64,000 nt of DNA from Octopus vulgaris (Eukaryota): contig OX597823.1 in assembly GCA_951406725.2 (NCBI GenBank), positions 70,308,001 to 70,372,000 on the forward strand, read 5' to 3'. Each line of letters opens with the position of its first letter. Position 1 is the stretch's first letter. Positions 1-14,038 of this stretch are shown piece after piece. A program made the translations under genes and the position numbers. A model generated the notes under the pieces. It did no database searches and was not told the origin of the DNA. It was given only the letters and a program-made list of their open reading frames with translations.

Positions 1-1190
1 CAGTTCTGGCATTTGTGTAACTCGTGATGCCAAAGTTTGGGACAAGTCCCTCCAGGATCTTCCAGATGTATATTATGGCATATCTTTCTCGCCTACGCTC
101 CAAGGAATAGAGTTTTAATCTCTTGAGTCTTTCCCAGTAGCTTATATTCTGCACAGAGGCTATCTTCTTCGTGTAGCTACGTTGGATCGCCTCAAGTTCT
201 GTGATCAACTTGACACTGGATGGTGACCATAGCTGAGAGCAATAGTCAAAGTGGCTTAGGACAAGTGTCCTCCAGAGGACCATCATGGTTTCTTGTTCTC
301 TTGTTCTAAAGGTTCTGAGAATCCATCCGGCCAGTTGTCTACATTTCATTGCCAATTTAGCAACATGTACACGAAAGGTTGCGCCATCACTCATGTAAAT
401 ACCCAGGTCACGCACTGATTGTGCCTCTGGGATTGCAATTCCTCCGGGTCCAGTGTATTCATTGGGTATTGCATTTAGTTTTGCATGCTGATAGTATAAA
501 GCTTGAAACTTCTCAGCATTGAACTGCATGCTATTCTTTTCAGCCCACTTGTATATTTTGTCCAGCTCACATTGCAGGCGTTTAGTGTCCTCAGGGTTCT
601 GTATTGCCTGTGAAACTTTTGTATCATCTGCATAACTTGTGATCGTGGCTCTCTGCGTGGCTGAGGGCATGTCTGAGAGGGCCATTATGAACAGTAGTGG
701 TCCCAAAACAGTGCCCTGCGGAACACCGCTCACTATTTGCGTGTTAATGGAAGTGGCCCCATTGGCTACTACCACCTGACTTCTATCTTTCAGAAAGTCA
801 TGAAGCCATTCTCCCAGTTTTCCAACTATGCTAAGATCACGCAGTTTGTGACATATCATTCCATGATCGACTTTATCAAAGGCCTTTGCAAAGTCGAGAT
901 ATATCACTTCCACATTTGAGTGGTTGAGCAGTCGTTTCAGCACCCAGTCATAGTGTTGTAGGAGCTGAGTTAAGCAGCTTCTTCCTGGTCGGAAACCATG
1001 TTGGGTGTCAGGCAGCAAGTCATTTTCTTCAAGGAAGGTGATCAGTTTCCTTCTGACTATTCATTCCATGACCTTGCTGATGTGTGAGGTCAGAGAGATA
1101 GGTCTGTAGTTTTTGGCCTCCGCTCTGCTACCTCCTTTATGAATAGGGCATATTTTACCTCCCTTCAGTTTTCTTGGAAGTTTGCCAGCT
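1..1190 (-). mobile_element. CR1/L2-group non-LTR retrotransposon fragment (RT and C-terminal region), running off the window edge
   Basis: Minus strand translates to [54 protein letters not shown] and YWERLKRLKLYSLERRRERY. There is an in-frame stop at 1061. Same family as 41690-42365 and 45760-47560. Confidence 0.9.
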
Positions 1191-1225
1191 GCATACATAC
1201 ATATATACATACATACATATATACA

Positions 1226-1307
<82 letters not shown>

Positions 1308-1368
1308 CATACATACATATATATTATATATATATATAAAAGAGACCATAGTGTACGTACACCACTAT

Positions 1369-1401
<33 letters not shown>

Positions 1402-1822
1402 CATACATACACATATATATACATACACATATATATATATACATCATTGTCATCATCGTTTAGCGTCCGTTTTCCATGCTAGCATGGGTTGGACTATATA
1501 CATATAAATACATATATACATATAAATACATATATACATATACACACACACATATATAGATACATATTATACATATATATATATATATATATATACATAT
1601 ATACATATGTATATATATATATGTATACATATATACATATGTATATATATATATGTATATATATGTATATATATACATACATATATATATATATATATAC
1701 ATACATATATATATATATATACATACATATATACATACATATATATATATACATACATATATATATACATACATATATACATACATATAAAAATATATAC
1801 ATATATATACATATACATATAT
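1191..1822. repeat. (TA)n/(TACA)n compound microsatellite
   Basis: Direct reading; source of the YI/HT-rich spurious ORFs. Confidence 0.95.
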
Positions 1823-1858
1823 TTTTCTCTGCTAAGAACTGCAGCCATGCTGATGCAA

Positions 1859-2446
1859 CTCTATATAACAATTCAATAATGAAAGATGTTATTTACACCA
1901 TATAGAAAATATATACTATAAAAACCTTAATTTAAAAATCAATAAAGTACAAAAACAATAAATAGTAAATAGCAGTAAAAAGACTAATGCGATTTTGTGG
2001 CTATATTTTCAAATTGATAATAATAATAAAATCAATTCATTTTAAAATTAAATTGATCTAAAATTAATTCTATTTAAAAATATAGTCACTCATCAGGTCT
2101 AAAATAATAATAATAAAATAATAAGAATAGAGTAAATGTACTTATCTTAACTTATACTAATTATCAAATAAATATAGAAAAATACGTGTATTAACTATAA
2201 ATAATCGAAAAACATTTAACAATATTTCTAAAAATAAATGCATAATTTATCTTATCGGAGGATTTTAACATAAATCATTTGATAAGATAAGTTGTTTTTA
2301 TTTTAAGAAATATTGTTAAATGTTTTTCGATTATTTATAGTTATTAATACACCTATTTTTCTAAAGTTTTTCGATTATCTATAGTTAATACATGCATTTT
2401 TCTGTATTTATTTGATAATTCGTATAAGTTGAGATAAGTACATATA

Positions 2447-2480
<34 letters not shown>

Positions 2481-2736
2481 TTAGAACTGATGAGTGACTA
2501 TATTTTTAAACAGAATTAAGTTTAGATCGATTTAATTTTAAATCGAAGTGATTTTATTATTATTATTATTATTATTATTATCTATTTGAAAATATAGCCA
2601 CGAAACTCACGTAGTCTTTTTACTATGATTTACTATTTACTGTACTTTATTGATTTTTAGAATAAGGTTTTTTTTATAGTATATGTTTTCTATATGGTGT
2701 GAATAACATCTTTCTTTATTGAATTGTTTAATAGAG
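1859..2736. repeat. About 880 bp AT-rich palindrome (foldback/MITE-like)
   Basis: 1859-2256 is the reverse complement of 2281-2736. Example: ataacaattcaataatgaaagatgttatttacaccatatagaaaa versus ttttctatatggtgtgaataacatctttctttattgaattgttt. Centre is ttatcttatc...gataagataa. Confidence 0.9.
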
Positions 2737-2756
2737 GTTTTTCTCTAAATTATATC

Positions 2757-2896
2757 ATCATCATCATCGTTTAGCGTCCGTTTTCCATGCTAGCATGGGT
2801 TGGACGGGTCAACTGGGGTCTGTGAAGCTGGAAGGCTTCGTCAGGCCCAGTCAGATCTGGCAGTGTTTCTACGGCTGGATGCCCTTCCTAACGCCA
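2757..2896. mobile_element. SINE fragment (catcatcgttta...-ended family)
   Basis: Same sequence recurs at about 33443, 37355, 58700 and 59945. Confidence 0.75.
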
Positions 2897-2979
2897 ATAT
2901 ACATATATATATGCATATACATATATACATACATATATATATGCATATACATATATACATACATACATTTATATATATA

Positions 2980-3010
<31 letters not shown>

Positions 3011-3017
3011 ATATACA

Positions 3018-3048
<31 letters not shown>

Positions 3049-3053
3049 ATACA

Positions 3054-3084
<31 letters not shown>

Positions 3085-3134
3085 ATACATACATATACAT
3101 ATATACATACATATATATACATATATATATATAC

Positions 3135-3165
<31 letters not shown>

Positions 3166-3167
3166 CA

Positions 3168-3198
<31 letters not shown>

Positions 3199-3382
3199 AT
3201 ACATATATACATACATATATATATATATACATATACATACATATATATATATATACATATACATATATACATACATATACATATATACATACATATACAT
3301 ATATACATACATATACATATATACATACATATACATATATACATACATATATACATATACACATACATTTATATATATACAT

Positions 3383-3419
<37 letters not shown>

Positions 3420-3422
3420 CAT
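2897..3422. repeat. (TA)n/(TACA)n microsatellite
   Basis: Direct reading. Confidence 0.95.
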
Positions 3423-3425
3423 AAA

Positions 3426-4586
3426 TCTTTATATAAATAAAACTGAGAATGTGTGTCTGTCCGTCTGTCTGTCTGTGTGTTTCCCTTAAACTTGAGAACT
3501 ACACAACCAATTTTACACATATCTTACTTAGGGTCCAGGGAGTGTCATCGGCAAAAAAAAATATTAACTTTTTGCCTAGGGTGAGCCCACAGCAATATCA
3601 TATCTTCTCCACTACGATTCCCTAAAACTTGAGAACTACACAACCAATTTAATTCAAATTTTACACATGCCTTACTTAGGGTCCATGTAATTTCATGGGC
3701 AAAAAAAGTTCAACTTCTTGCTTAGAGTGAGCTCATAGCAATATCATATCTTCTCCACTATTTTAGTATTACGTGTTAAAAGTGAAACATAAACATTTCT
3801 CTATTTTATGTCAGATACTTTCACTTTAACAATAAAAATAATAACAATTGAATTATATGTAGTAAGTAATAATTAAAATCAAACTAAAGTATAATACAAT
3901 TGTAACATAAAAAAAAATAAAAATAGCAATTGGTATAAAATTGCATCAATGACTTGAACAAGTGGTTTCACATGAATGGGAATAAATTAAAAATAAAATT
4001 AGCATGCAGAAATGGAATAGTCCAGATGGATAATAAAAAATTAAATTAAAGAAAAGACTATTGTCTATAAAGTATACAATGTAGAGAAAAAAGAAGATTT
4101 GAACACATGGAGGAAAGCACCTTCGAAAAGTGTCTTGGTGCAACTATGAAAGACATCTAATCAGAGGCGGTAAATTCGCCACAATAGAAGCAAGGTTCGA
4201 GTCAAAGGAGCATGCAAGGGAGTACTCGACTCGAACTTGCCAAGTGGAAATATTTAATTTTCACCTCTATATATGTGACGTAGGACGTCCCGGAAAAAAA
4301 TTTTAAATGCCCCCCCACCCCCCACCCGAAGTAGAGATAGGCTGGATTGTAGCCACACTTCTATACAAGAGGGAGGACAAGATACAATTGATCGAAATTA
4401 CAGGAGATGGGCTAACAATTCCAGTCTGTTATATATTTTGAGTATTGTTATCACTACGATATCAAGAAATAACTTTGTATTTTGTATTTTATGTGTAGAT
4501 GTATATATATAGATGTACATGTAATATGTACACATATATACATGCACTAGCACTATGACCCGGCAACGACGGGTCTTTAATGCTAG
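3426..4586 (+). mobile_element. Non-autonomous Helitron
   Basis: 5' end is A|TCTTTATATA followed by (TGTC)n. 3' end has hairpin gacccg-gcaacga-cgggtc (4557-4575) then CTAG|T (4583-4586). Inserted between A and T with no TSD. Matching ends at 56933-57229. Confidence 0.8.
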
Positions 4587-4650
4587 TATATATATATATA
4601 TATATACATGTATACATACATATATATATATACATGTATATATACATGTA

Positions 4651-4681
<31 letters not shown>

Positions 4682-4949
4682 ATATACACAAATATATATA
4701 TATATGCATATACATACATATATACATTTATATATACATATATATATACATATATATACATATATTTATATGGAGAAACAATTTTGTTGGTTCATCAGCT
4801 TTCGGATATTAGAATGTTGAATTATTTATTCATTTAACAAAAATGAGAACCTTAATAGCATACATATATACATTATAATTCCATACATATAAGATAAGAA
4901 TACAATTATAAAAATCATAATATAAATTATTGAAATCATTAAAATCACT

Positions 4950-5080
4950 CCTTACAGCTGTTTCGGCCTATGGATAAAAGTAGTTCTTTTTTCTCCCAGT
5001 GCCTATAGTTGTCACTTATATTGAGGCTGTAGGCATTTAAAAATAGGGTACTTATATATAACCATAGGCCTCGTCAGAGA
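4950..5080 (-). ncRNA. Type-I hammerhead ribozyme motif with large stem II insertion (Penelope pLTR-like fragment)
   Basis: Minus strand reads tct-CTGACGA-GGCCTATGG-(88 nt)-CCATAGGCC-GAAA-CAGCTG-TA-agg. Stem II is a perfect 9 bp and stem III is palindromic. Confidence 0.7.
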
Positions 5081-5272
5081 TTATAAAGAACTTTAAAATA
5101 TTAATACATGAAACAGGATACACGCATAATTTAATATATATAAATATACATATTCATAGACATATATATATATATATATATATATACATACATAAATATA
5201 TACATATACATATATATACATATACATTATATATATACATATATATATATGTATATATATACACATATACAG

Positions 5273-5312
<40 letters not shown>

Positions 5313-5459
5313 ATGTGTATATATATATGTATACATATATATACATATATGTATATATATATATATATATACATATGTGTGTATATGTGTGACCTCGTGT
5401 GTACTGTTGGCGATTTTTTTTCCTCTGCCTTCCCTTCTCTGGATCTTTTCTTCTCCTAT

Positions 5460-5494
5460 GTTTCCGATGAAGAGCCCCGCTCGAAACGTTAAAC
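5460..5494 (+). ncRNA. Minimal hammerhead motif inside a short dispersed repeat (about 5390-5590)
   Basis: gttt-CCGATGA-A-GAGC-ccc-GCTC-GAAAC-GTT-aaac. Stem I is gttt/aaac; core carries a U4C variant. Confidence 0.6.
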
Positions 5495-5589
5495 CCTCCT
5501 TCTTTCCTGAGCGTCTAATAATACTATATTTGTTCCATGTCCTCGCATTGTTGTGTATTTTTGTGCTTTCTTGTTTGGATTAACTTTAT

Positions 5590-6741
<1,152 letters not shown>

Positions 6742-7018
6742 ATATTGACACCCAAACACTCTGAAATGCTTGTATTGGAGCTTTCAGCATGAATGCCAAG
6801 CAGTACAGTATGTCATTTCCAAATTTTTGGCACTGAATTGCGTCATGGTGCTGTTTTTCTCACATATGGTGCCCAACTGACCCTACTACACTGTGTAGTC
6901 AACAAAATCAAAAACAAACAATGTACATGTGCAAAATTATAAATAGTAAATGGCAACAATTTACCCATCATACCCTGTATATATAGAGATGTATTTGTAT
7001 ATAGATATGTATGTATAT

Positions 7019-7892
7019 ATGAGTTCTGATCAATAGGTAGCTGGACTGTTGCCATAATAACAAAGCTAAAGCACACAGTGTGAAGTCGCTTGGCACAGAT
7101 TGACTTTAATCTCTGTTGTACATGCACACTAAGTTTCAAAATTCTAGCTCACTTCTGCTGTTTATAGCAGTGCTTAGAAGGAAGGTGTACAGCATGTGAT
7201 CATCGCATTGACCATGACAGAGAAAGTTGTCATGGTGATGCCTGCTCAGAGGCCTATGCAAAGTTACAGGAAGTGTATGAGCTGTGTACAAGTGGTTCAG
7301 ATGTTTACAGGAAAGCCGAAAAATGTCGACATTGACGAACGTTCTGGGAGACCTGCAACCAGCAGAACTGAGAAAAACATTGCAGATGTGCATGCAGCTG
7401 TGAGGGGAAATCGTCAAATCACCATCTGTGAGTTATCAAAGGATGTGCAGATTAGTCATGGTTCAGTTCAGTCCACTATCACTGAAGATTTGGGTATGAT
7501 ACACATGTCTGCCAAGTTTGTGCCGAGACTGCTTTCAGCTGACCAAAAAGACGCTCAGGTTTCAGTTGCATAAGATCTCCTTGATTGTGTTGAGAACAAT
7601 GAAAACTCTTTGAAAACTTTGCATAGGCCTCTGAGCAAGTATCGTCAAGCCATCTGCAAAATTTGATGTAGATTCTCTGCTCAACTTTCTCTCTCATAGT
7701 CAATGCAATGATCACACACTACACACCTTCCTTCCAAGCACTGCTGTAAACAGTGGAAGTGAGCTAGAACATTAAAACTTAGTGCACATGCACAACAGAG
7801 TTCAAGGTCAATCTGTGCCAAGTGGCTTCACTCTGCATGCTACAGCTTCATTACTATGGCAACAGTCCGGATACTTATTGATCAGACCATAT
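7019..7892. mobile_element. Mariner-derived foldback element (two 5' ends facing each other) with transposase HTH remnant
   Basis: Termini are tctgatcaataggtagctggactgttgcc and ggcaacagtccggatacttattgatcaga, with inverted arms over 200 bp. Plus-strand remnant DIDERSGRPATSRTEKNI...SAKFVPRLLSADQK. TA flanks. Confidence 0.85.
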
Positions 7893-7894
7893 AT

Positions 7895-7944
<50 letters not shown>

Positions 7945-8112
7945 TGCTACACCAGAACCCAGTCTGATTTGGCATGGTTTCTATGGTTGGATGCCCGTCT
8001 TAACACCAACCACTCTGAGAGTATAACAAGTGCTTTTATGTGCCAGTTGTGTGACACCAGTGTGGAAGGCAGACATTAAATAGTGATGATGACAATGATG
8101 ATGGTGATGATA

Positions 8113-8148
<36 letters not shown>

Positions 8149-8149
8149 C

Positions 8150-11100
8150 ATGACGGCTGCCCCCTCGTTATCAAGTATGGCCATTGCACAAAGCTTAACT
8201 GTTACTGGTGCTGTGATCGAATGTGACTTTTTAGCCCAGCTAAAGATCTACAATGTCTTGTACAGAATTGGCAGCTAAAACCATTACCAGTAATAGCTGG
8301 CTGTAGTTGTAACTGGGCTTCATGTACCTTTGCATGTCATTTAAGTCCTCCTGCCAAATTACACTCTCTTCCACATGCCCGACAGATATGATTAGTATGG
8401 TGTGTAACACCACCACCAGTGGCCAGGTTGTCACTCATCTGTCTCGCTTTATGACTACGAAGATGACTCTTGAGTCCAGCTTTACTGAGGCAGGGTCTTG
8501 CACAGACACTGCATGTCAGCATCATAGGAAGACCCTTCCCATCTTGAAGTGTAACAGCGATGCCCTTCCTGACAACCCTCCTTACTTTCTCATGCACAAC
8601 TCAAGATTTCTCAAAAGTAGCTGTCCCCTCATGCACAATCCTTCTCCACCTGCTACAATTAATAGCTATGCCCTCCCATGTATCAGGAGAGATGCAAGCA
8701 TCTCTTAAAGAAACCTTCAGCAAGTCCTTATACCTCTTTTTTGGTTTATGTGGGGATCGTTCTCCTTTAGCTAACTCTCCATAAAAGAGTTGTTTTGGCA
8801 TCCTTGAATCCATTATCCTGACCAGATGACCACTCCATCTGAGCCTTTGCTTTAACACAAGAACTTCTATAATTTCGCACCGAGAGCCTTCCAATATTTC
8901 AAGATCACTGATGTGGTCCTCCCACTTAATGCCGTAGATCCGTCTGAGACACATCTGATGGAAACGTTCCAGTTGTTTAAGGTGGTATCGATATGTGACC
9001 CACGTATCGCAGGCATAGAGAAGAGAAGGGAGCACACATGCCTTGTACACCCTTATCTTTGTCTTTCTGCATATGTCTCGCCAACTCCAGAGGTGCCTTT
9101 CTAGCCTTCCAAAAACATTACTTGCTCTCCTAATTCTGTATGGAATTTCATCATCCAAATTGCTATATCTATTAACAGTGCTTCCCAGGTAGACAAACTG
9201 ATCAACTACATCAAGTCGTTTACCATACACATAGATATTTGGTACACTATACTGCTTATCAGGAGCAGGTTGGTACATGACAACAGTTTTCTTGAGACTG
9301 ACTGTCAATCCTAAGGCAGTGCAAGCATCAGAGAATGCATTCAAAATGTGTTGCATATCAATCTCTGTGTGAGCTACTAGATCACAATCATCTGCATACA
9401 AAAGGCTCTTATGATAGAGGTAAATACCTTTGTTTTTGCAGCAAAGCGCCTGATATTAAATATGCTGCCAAAGGGTTGATAATGGCTATAAACACCATAT
9501 CTGCAGTTTCTGAATGCAATACAGAAAACCATCACAAAATATATGGCAAATAGGGTCGGTGTCAGAATATCCCCGTTTCACTCCATTTTGTATTGAAATG
9601 GGCTCTGACATTTTCCCTCTAGCATTAACCCTACCCTTCATGAAAAGACCTAACCAAAGCAAGGAACTTTTCAGGACACCCAAGTTTCTGGAAGACTTTC
9701 CACAATGCTTTTCTATTAATGGTATCAAAGGTATTTTGTCAGATCAACAAAAACCTGATACAAATCCAGACCCTGCTCCACGCACTTCTCCTGAAGCTGT
9801 CTAACTGAAAAGATCATATCAGCAGTGCCACGTCCCACACGAAAGCCAGATTGACTTTCTGGAAGAACACAATCTGCAACGTGTTTCAGCAGACGATCCA
9901 GAAGTACCCTGCATAAAACCTTTCCTACAACAGAAAGCAATGATATTCCCCTATAGTTACCACAATCATTCCTGTAGCCCTTTCCCTTATACAAGACCAT
10001 CATTACTGTATGCTTTCTTTGTATCAATCCCAGAACTTTCTAGCCTATATCAAACTGACTTTTTAAGGGTCGGTCAATCCTCCCCAATATCTGCAGCATT
10101 CATTTCCTCTCGTAAAGTTCTCTTCACACTATTACACCTAAGACAATCAACGTTCAGTCTTTTAGGCAGGGTAATCCCTGCAGCCCGGATTTTATGTTTC
10201 GTGACTAATTTCACTTTTGCACATACTAGGCGGTGGTCAGTCCAACACTCAGCTCCACGAAGAACATGAACACACTGCACATCTTGTTTGTCATGCATCC
10301 TAACAAGGATGTAATCCAGAATATGCCATTCTTTAGATGCAGGGTGCATTCATGTGGTCTTAAGTTTATTCTTTTGTTGAAACATGGTATTGGCAACACA
10401 CAGACGCAGCTCCTCACAGCAAAAGCATGCCATTACTATTACACTTTCCCACCCCATGCTTTCCAATTACAGTCCATGTGTTAAAATCCCAAGCCACTTT
10501 AGCATTAAAGTCACCCAGTACGATGACTTTGTCTGCCCAAGGGATATTTCTTATAATGCCCTTCAAAGCATGGTAGAAAGAAATTTTTTCATCATCAGTA
10601 TAGCACATAGTTGGACCATACACACTCACCAAGGTCACATAATTTGCTTTAACCAAAGGAATTTTCATGAACATAAGACACTCGTTAATTCCGACTGGGA
10701 ATTCTTCCAACTTGTCCACAAGAGTAGTCTTAACAGCAAATGCCACTCCTGCCTCTTCTCTAAACTCTTCATTCCTCTCTTTCCAAAAGAATGTATATTT
10801 TCCACAAGATTCTGTAAGATGACCATCTCCAGGTAATCTCGTCTCAGATAAAGCAATGATGTTAAGATCATAGCATTGAAGCTCCTTCGCAACAAGCGTA
10901 GTCCTTCATTCAGGACATTCAGAGGACTTGCGGTCAAGCAGTGTCCGTACATTCCAACAGCCAATATTCAATATTTTATTTGGTTCAATCACAGTAGCAT
11001 GATGATGGCCGGGTTCAGACTGTGATGTTCTGGAGCCCCTGCCAGGCCAGACTCTTCTGATGTGGTTCCAGAGTCCTTGCTGCCATTTATTTTTATACTG

Positions 11101-11910
11101 TTTTGGTACATCATTGATTATTTGCTTTTAAGGCTACAGCCAGCCATTCAGTCGAGACTCACAGCACTCTCAACAATCATGAATTAGTTAATCAATTTAA
11201 TCAATCAATCAATGTTGTTATCGTGCAATGCCTGTGCAAGAGGATTTTTTTTAAAGTGAGGAAAGGCTGTGCACAGAGTCAATCCCACTCACTAAGCAAC
11301 AGCAACCATAATCCAAAAAGAAGAACAAGTCAACATCATCGGTAACTACTGAGCCGCAGGTTTTATGTAGGAGCTATCCCAGTTACCTGAGTTGCCTTCT
11401 CCTAGAAGGATGCCCTAACAAAAGCTAGGGGTCCTTCATTCTCAATGGTTTAACCGCGCGATCGGGTATTCAATCCGATTATTTCTATGCCCCGCGCATG
11501 ATACAGCCTTAAGCTGGATAAAATTGATATAAAGAGAAAGAAAGAAAAAAGAAACATACGATATATATATAAAAAACATTGATATACAAAATATATATAA
11601 AATATATGATGTGAAGTATATAAAAATTTATATAATGAGCAAGCTATAAAAATATACAATATATAAAAATTAGTGAGAAAAAGGCAGATATACAGTAAAT
11701 ATATAATTACACATTTATTGGATGGGCGTTGACTCTCAAGAGTTCCTCCGCCCTTTGACACATTTTGTTTTTCATCCCACAGGGTGTCCAATAAACACCC
11801 TCCTCACCAAGCAAGCTTGGTGAGGTTGCCGGTTTATTTGCCGACGGCCCGACAATGCAACAGGTTGTACTGGGTTACATGTTACCAGTAGCACTCAAAA
11901 GTGACCTCCT
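8150..11910 (-). mobile_element. Near-full-length, frameshifted RTE-clade LINE (APE + RT + C-terminal C2H2 fingers)
   Basis: APE motifs VSVYGPT, VLGDFNAKV, HILDYILV and TDHRLV. RT motifs NYRGISLLS, QSGFR, FVDLTK and YADD. C-terminus has CSVCARPCLSKAGLKSHLRSH and CRACGREC. Split across several ORFs; the 5' limit is approximate. Confidence 0.9.
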
Positions 11911-11989
11911 ACATATAAAAACATATATACCTACATACGTAAACATATATACATACATATCCACATATACATACATATATATATGTATA

Positions 11990-12051
<62 letters not shown>

Positions 12052-12298
12052 TATATTTACCTTCAACATGCTGGAGAAAGGTCATTTTCACCCGATCTCC
12101 CTTGATATAATTCTGTACATTATTATTAATTTAATGTATTAATTGCCTATAAATTTTTATAGTATGCTGACTACTTGATAAAAATCATTAACGTGATTTT
12201 TATCCTTATAGTCTTTTATATATATACACACACACACATACATACATACATACATGTATAAATATACATATATACCTACATATTTATATATATGTATA

Positions 12299-12711
12299 TT
12301 AGGTTGGCAAGAAAATAATTCCGATTTTTTAGTGTGAAATAAAATTAATTTTTTTTCATACAAAGAATGAACTTTAATCATTTATTTATTTTCCATTTTG
12401 TTCAATGACCTTTTGCCATCTTTCTGGCAACTTCATGATTCCGCACTCATAGAATTTCTGGTCCTTATCAACCAAAAACTGAAGCAAGGGCAATTTCAGG
12501 TCATCATCATTATAGCAAGTTTTACCACTCAAAGAAATTGACGCTGAACTAACAGCTGTAAACAAAATATTGTGCAATTCGTTTCAAAAGTAAGCTAAAA
12601 GTAACAGCTATCAAATCTCAAAAGGAAAACAAATCATAACATTGACAAAAGTTATTTAAAAAAATCATAACTCTGTCTGCAAAAATTGAAATTACTTTCT
12701 TACCAACTCAA
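12299..12711 (-). mobile_element. Internally deleted mariner element
   Basis: TIRs ttaggttggcaagaaaataatt and aattactttcttaccaactcaa with TA flanks. C-terminal transposase remnant FYECGIMKLPERWQKVIEQNGK. Confidence 0.85.
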
Positions 12712-12772
12712 TATATATATATATATACATATACACTCACGCACACACACACACATATATATACATATATAC

Positions 12773-12835
<63 letters not shown>

Positions 12836-13054
12836 CATACATATATATATACATACATATACATATATACATACATATATACATATATACATACATATAT
12901 ACATACATATATATATACATACATATATACATACATATATATATACATACATACATATATACATACATATATACATACATATATATATATATACATACAT
13001 ATATACATACATATATACATACATATATATATATATACATACATATATACATAC

Positions 13055-13085
<31 letters not shown>

Positions 13086-13175
13086 CATACATATATACAT
13101 ACATATACATACATATATATATATACATACATATATATATATATACATACATATATACATACATATATATACATA

Positions 13176-13206
<31 letters not shown>

Positions 13207-13430
13207 GCACATATATACATACATACATACATATATATATACGTATATATATACATACATATACATATATATATATACGTATATATATACATACATATAC
13301 ATATATATATATACGTATATATATACATACATATACATATATACGTATATATATATATATACATACATATACATATATACGTATATATATATACATACAT
13401 ATATACGTATATATATATACATACATATAC

Positions 13431-13463
<33 letters not shown>

Positions 13464-13481
13464 AATATATAAATATACATA

Positions 13482-13512
<31 letters not shown>

Positions 13513-13545
13513 GTACATTATATATATACATACATATACATAGTA
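12712..13545. repeat. (TA)n/(TACA)n microsatellite
   Basis: Direct reading. Confidence 0.95.
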
Positions 13546-13758
13546 TATGAATATTCTTGATGTGTATGATACAATTAACCTCTCTGCAATCTCTGTTTAA
13601 CATGAGTTTAAATAACTAGTAAAAAACAGCTGATCAATAAATTTTTTAGCAGAGTAACCCATTAATTAACAATAAAGGACCAAACCAGTGCGCGGGTTTA
13701 TTATTAATGGCATAATGCCCCTCCCAAGGCTCAATAGTATAGATATAGACTTGTACAT

Positions 13759-13807
<49 letters not shown>

Positions 13808-13993
13808 CTTATCCATATACTTATATATATATATATTATATACATACATTTAAACATATATGCATTCATACATACACACATGTGTGTGTGTATGTATATA
13901 TATATATATATATACACACACATATATATACACATATAAACATAAATATATATACATGCATAACCACACACACATGGATATATACATTCTCTC

Positions 13994-14038
<45 letters not shown>

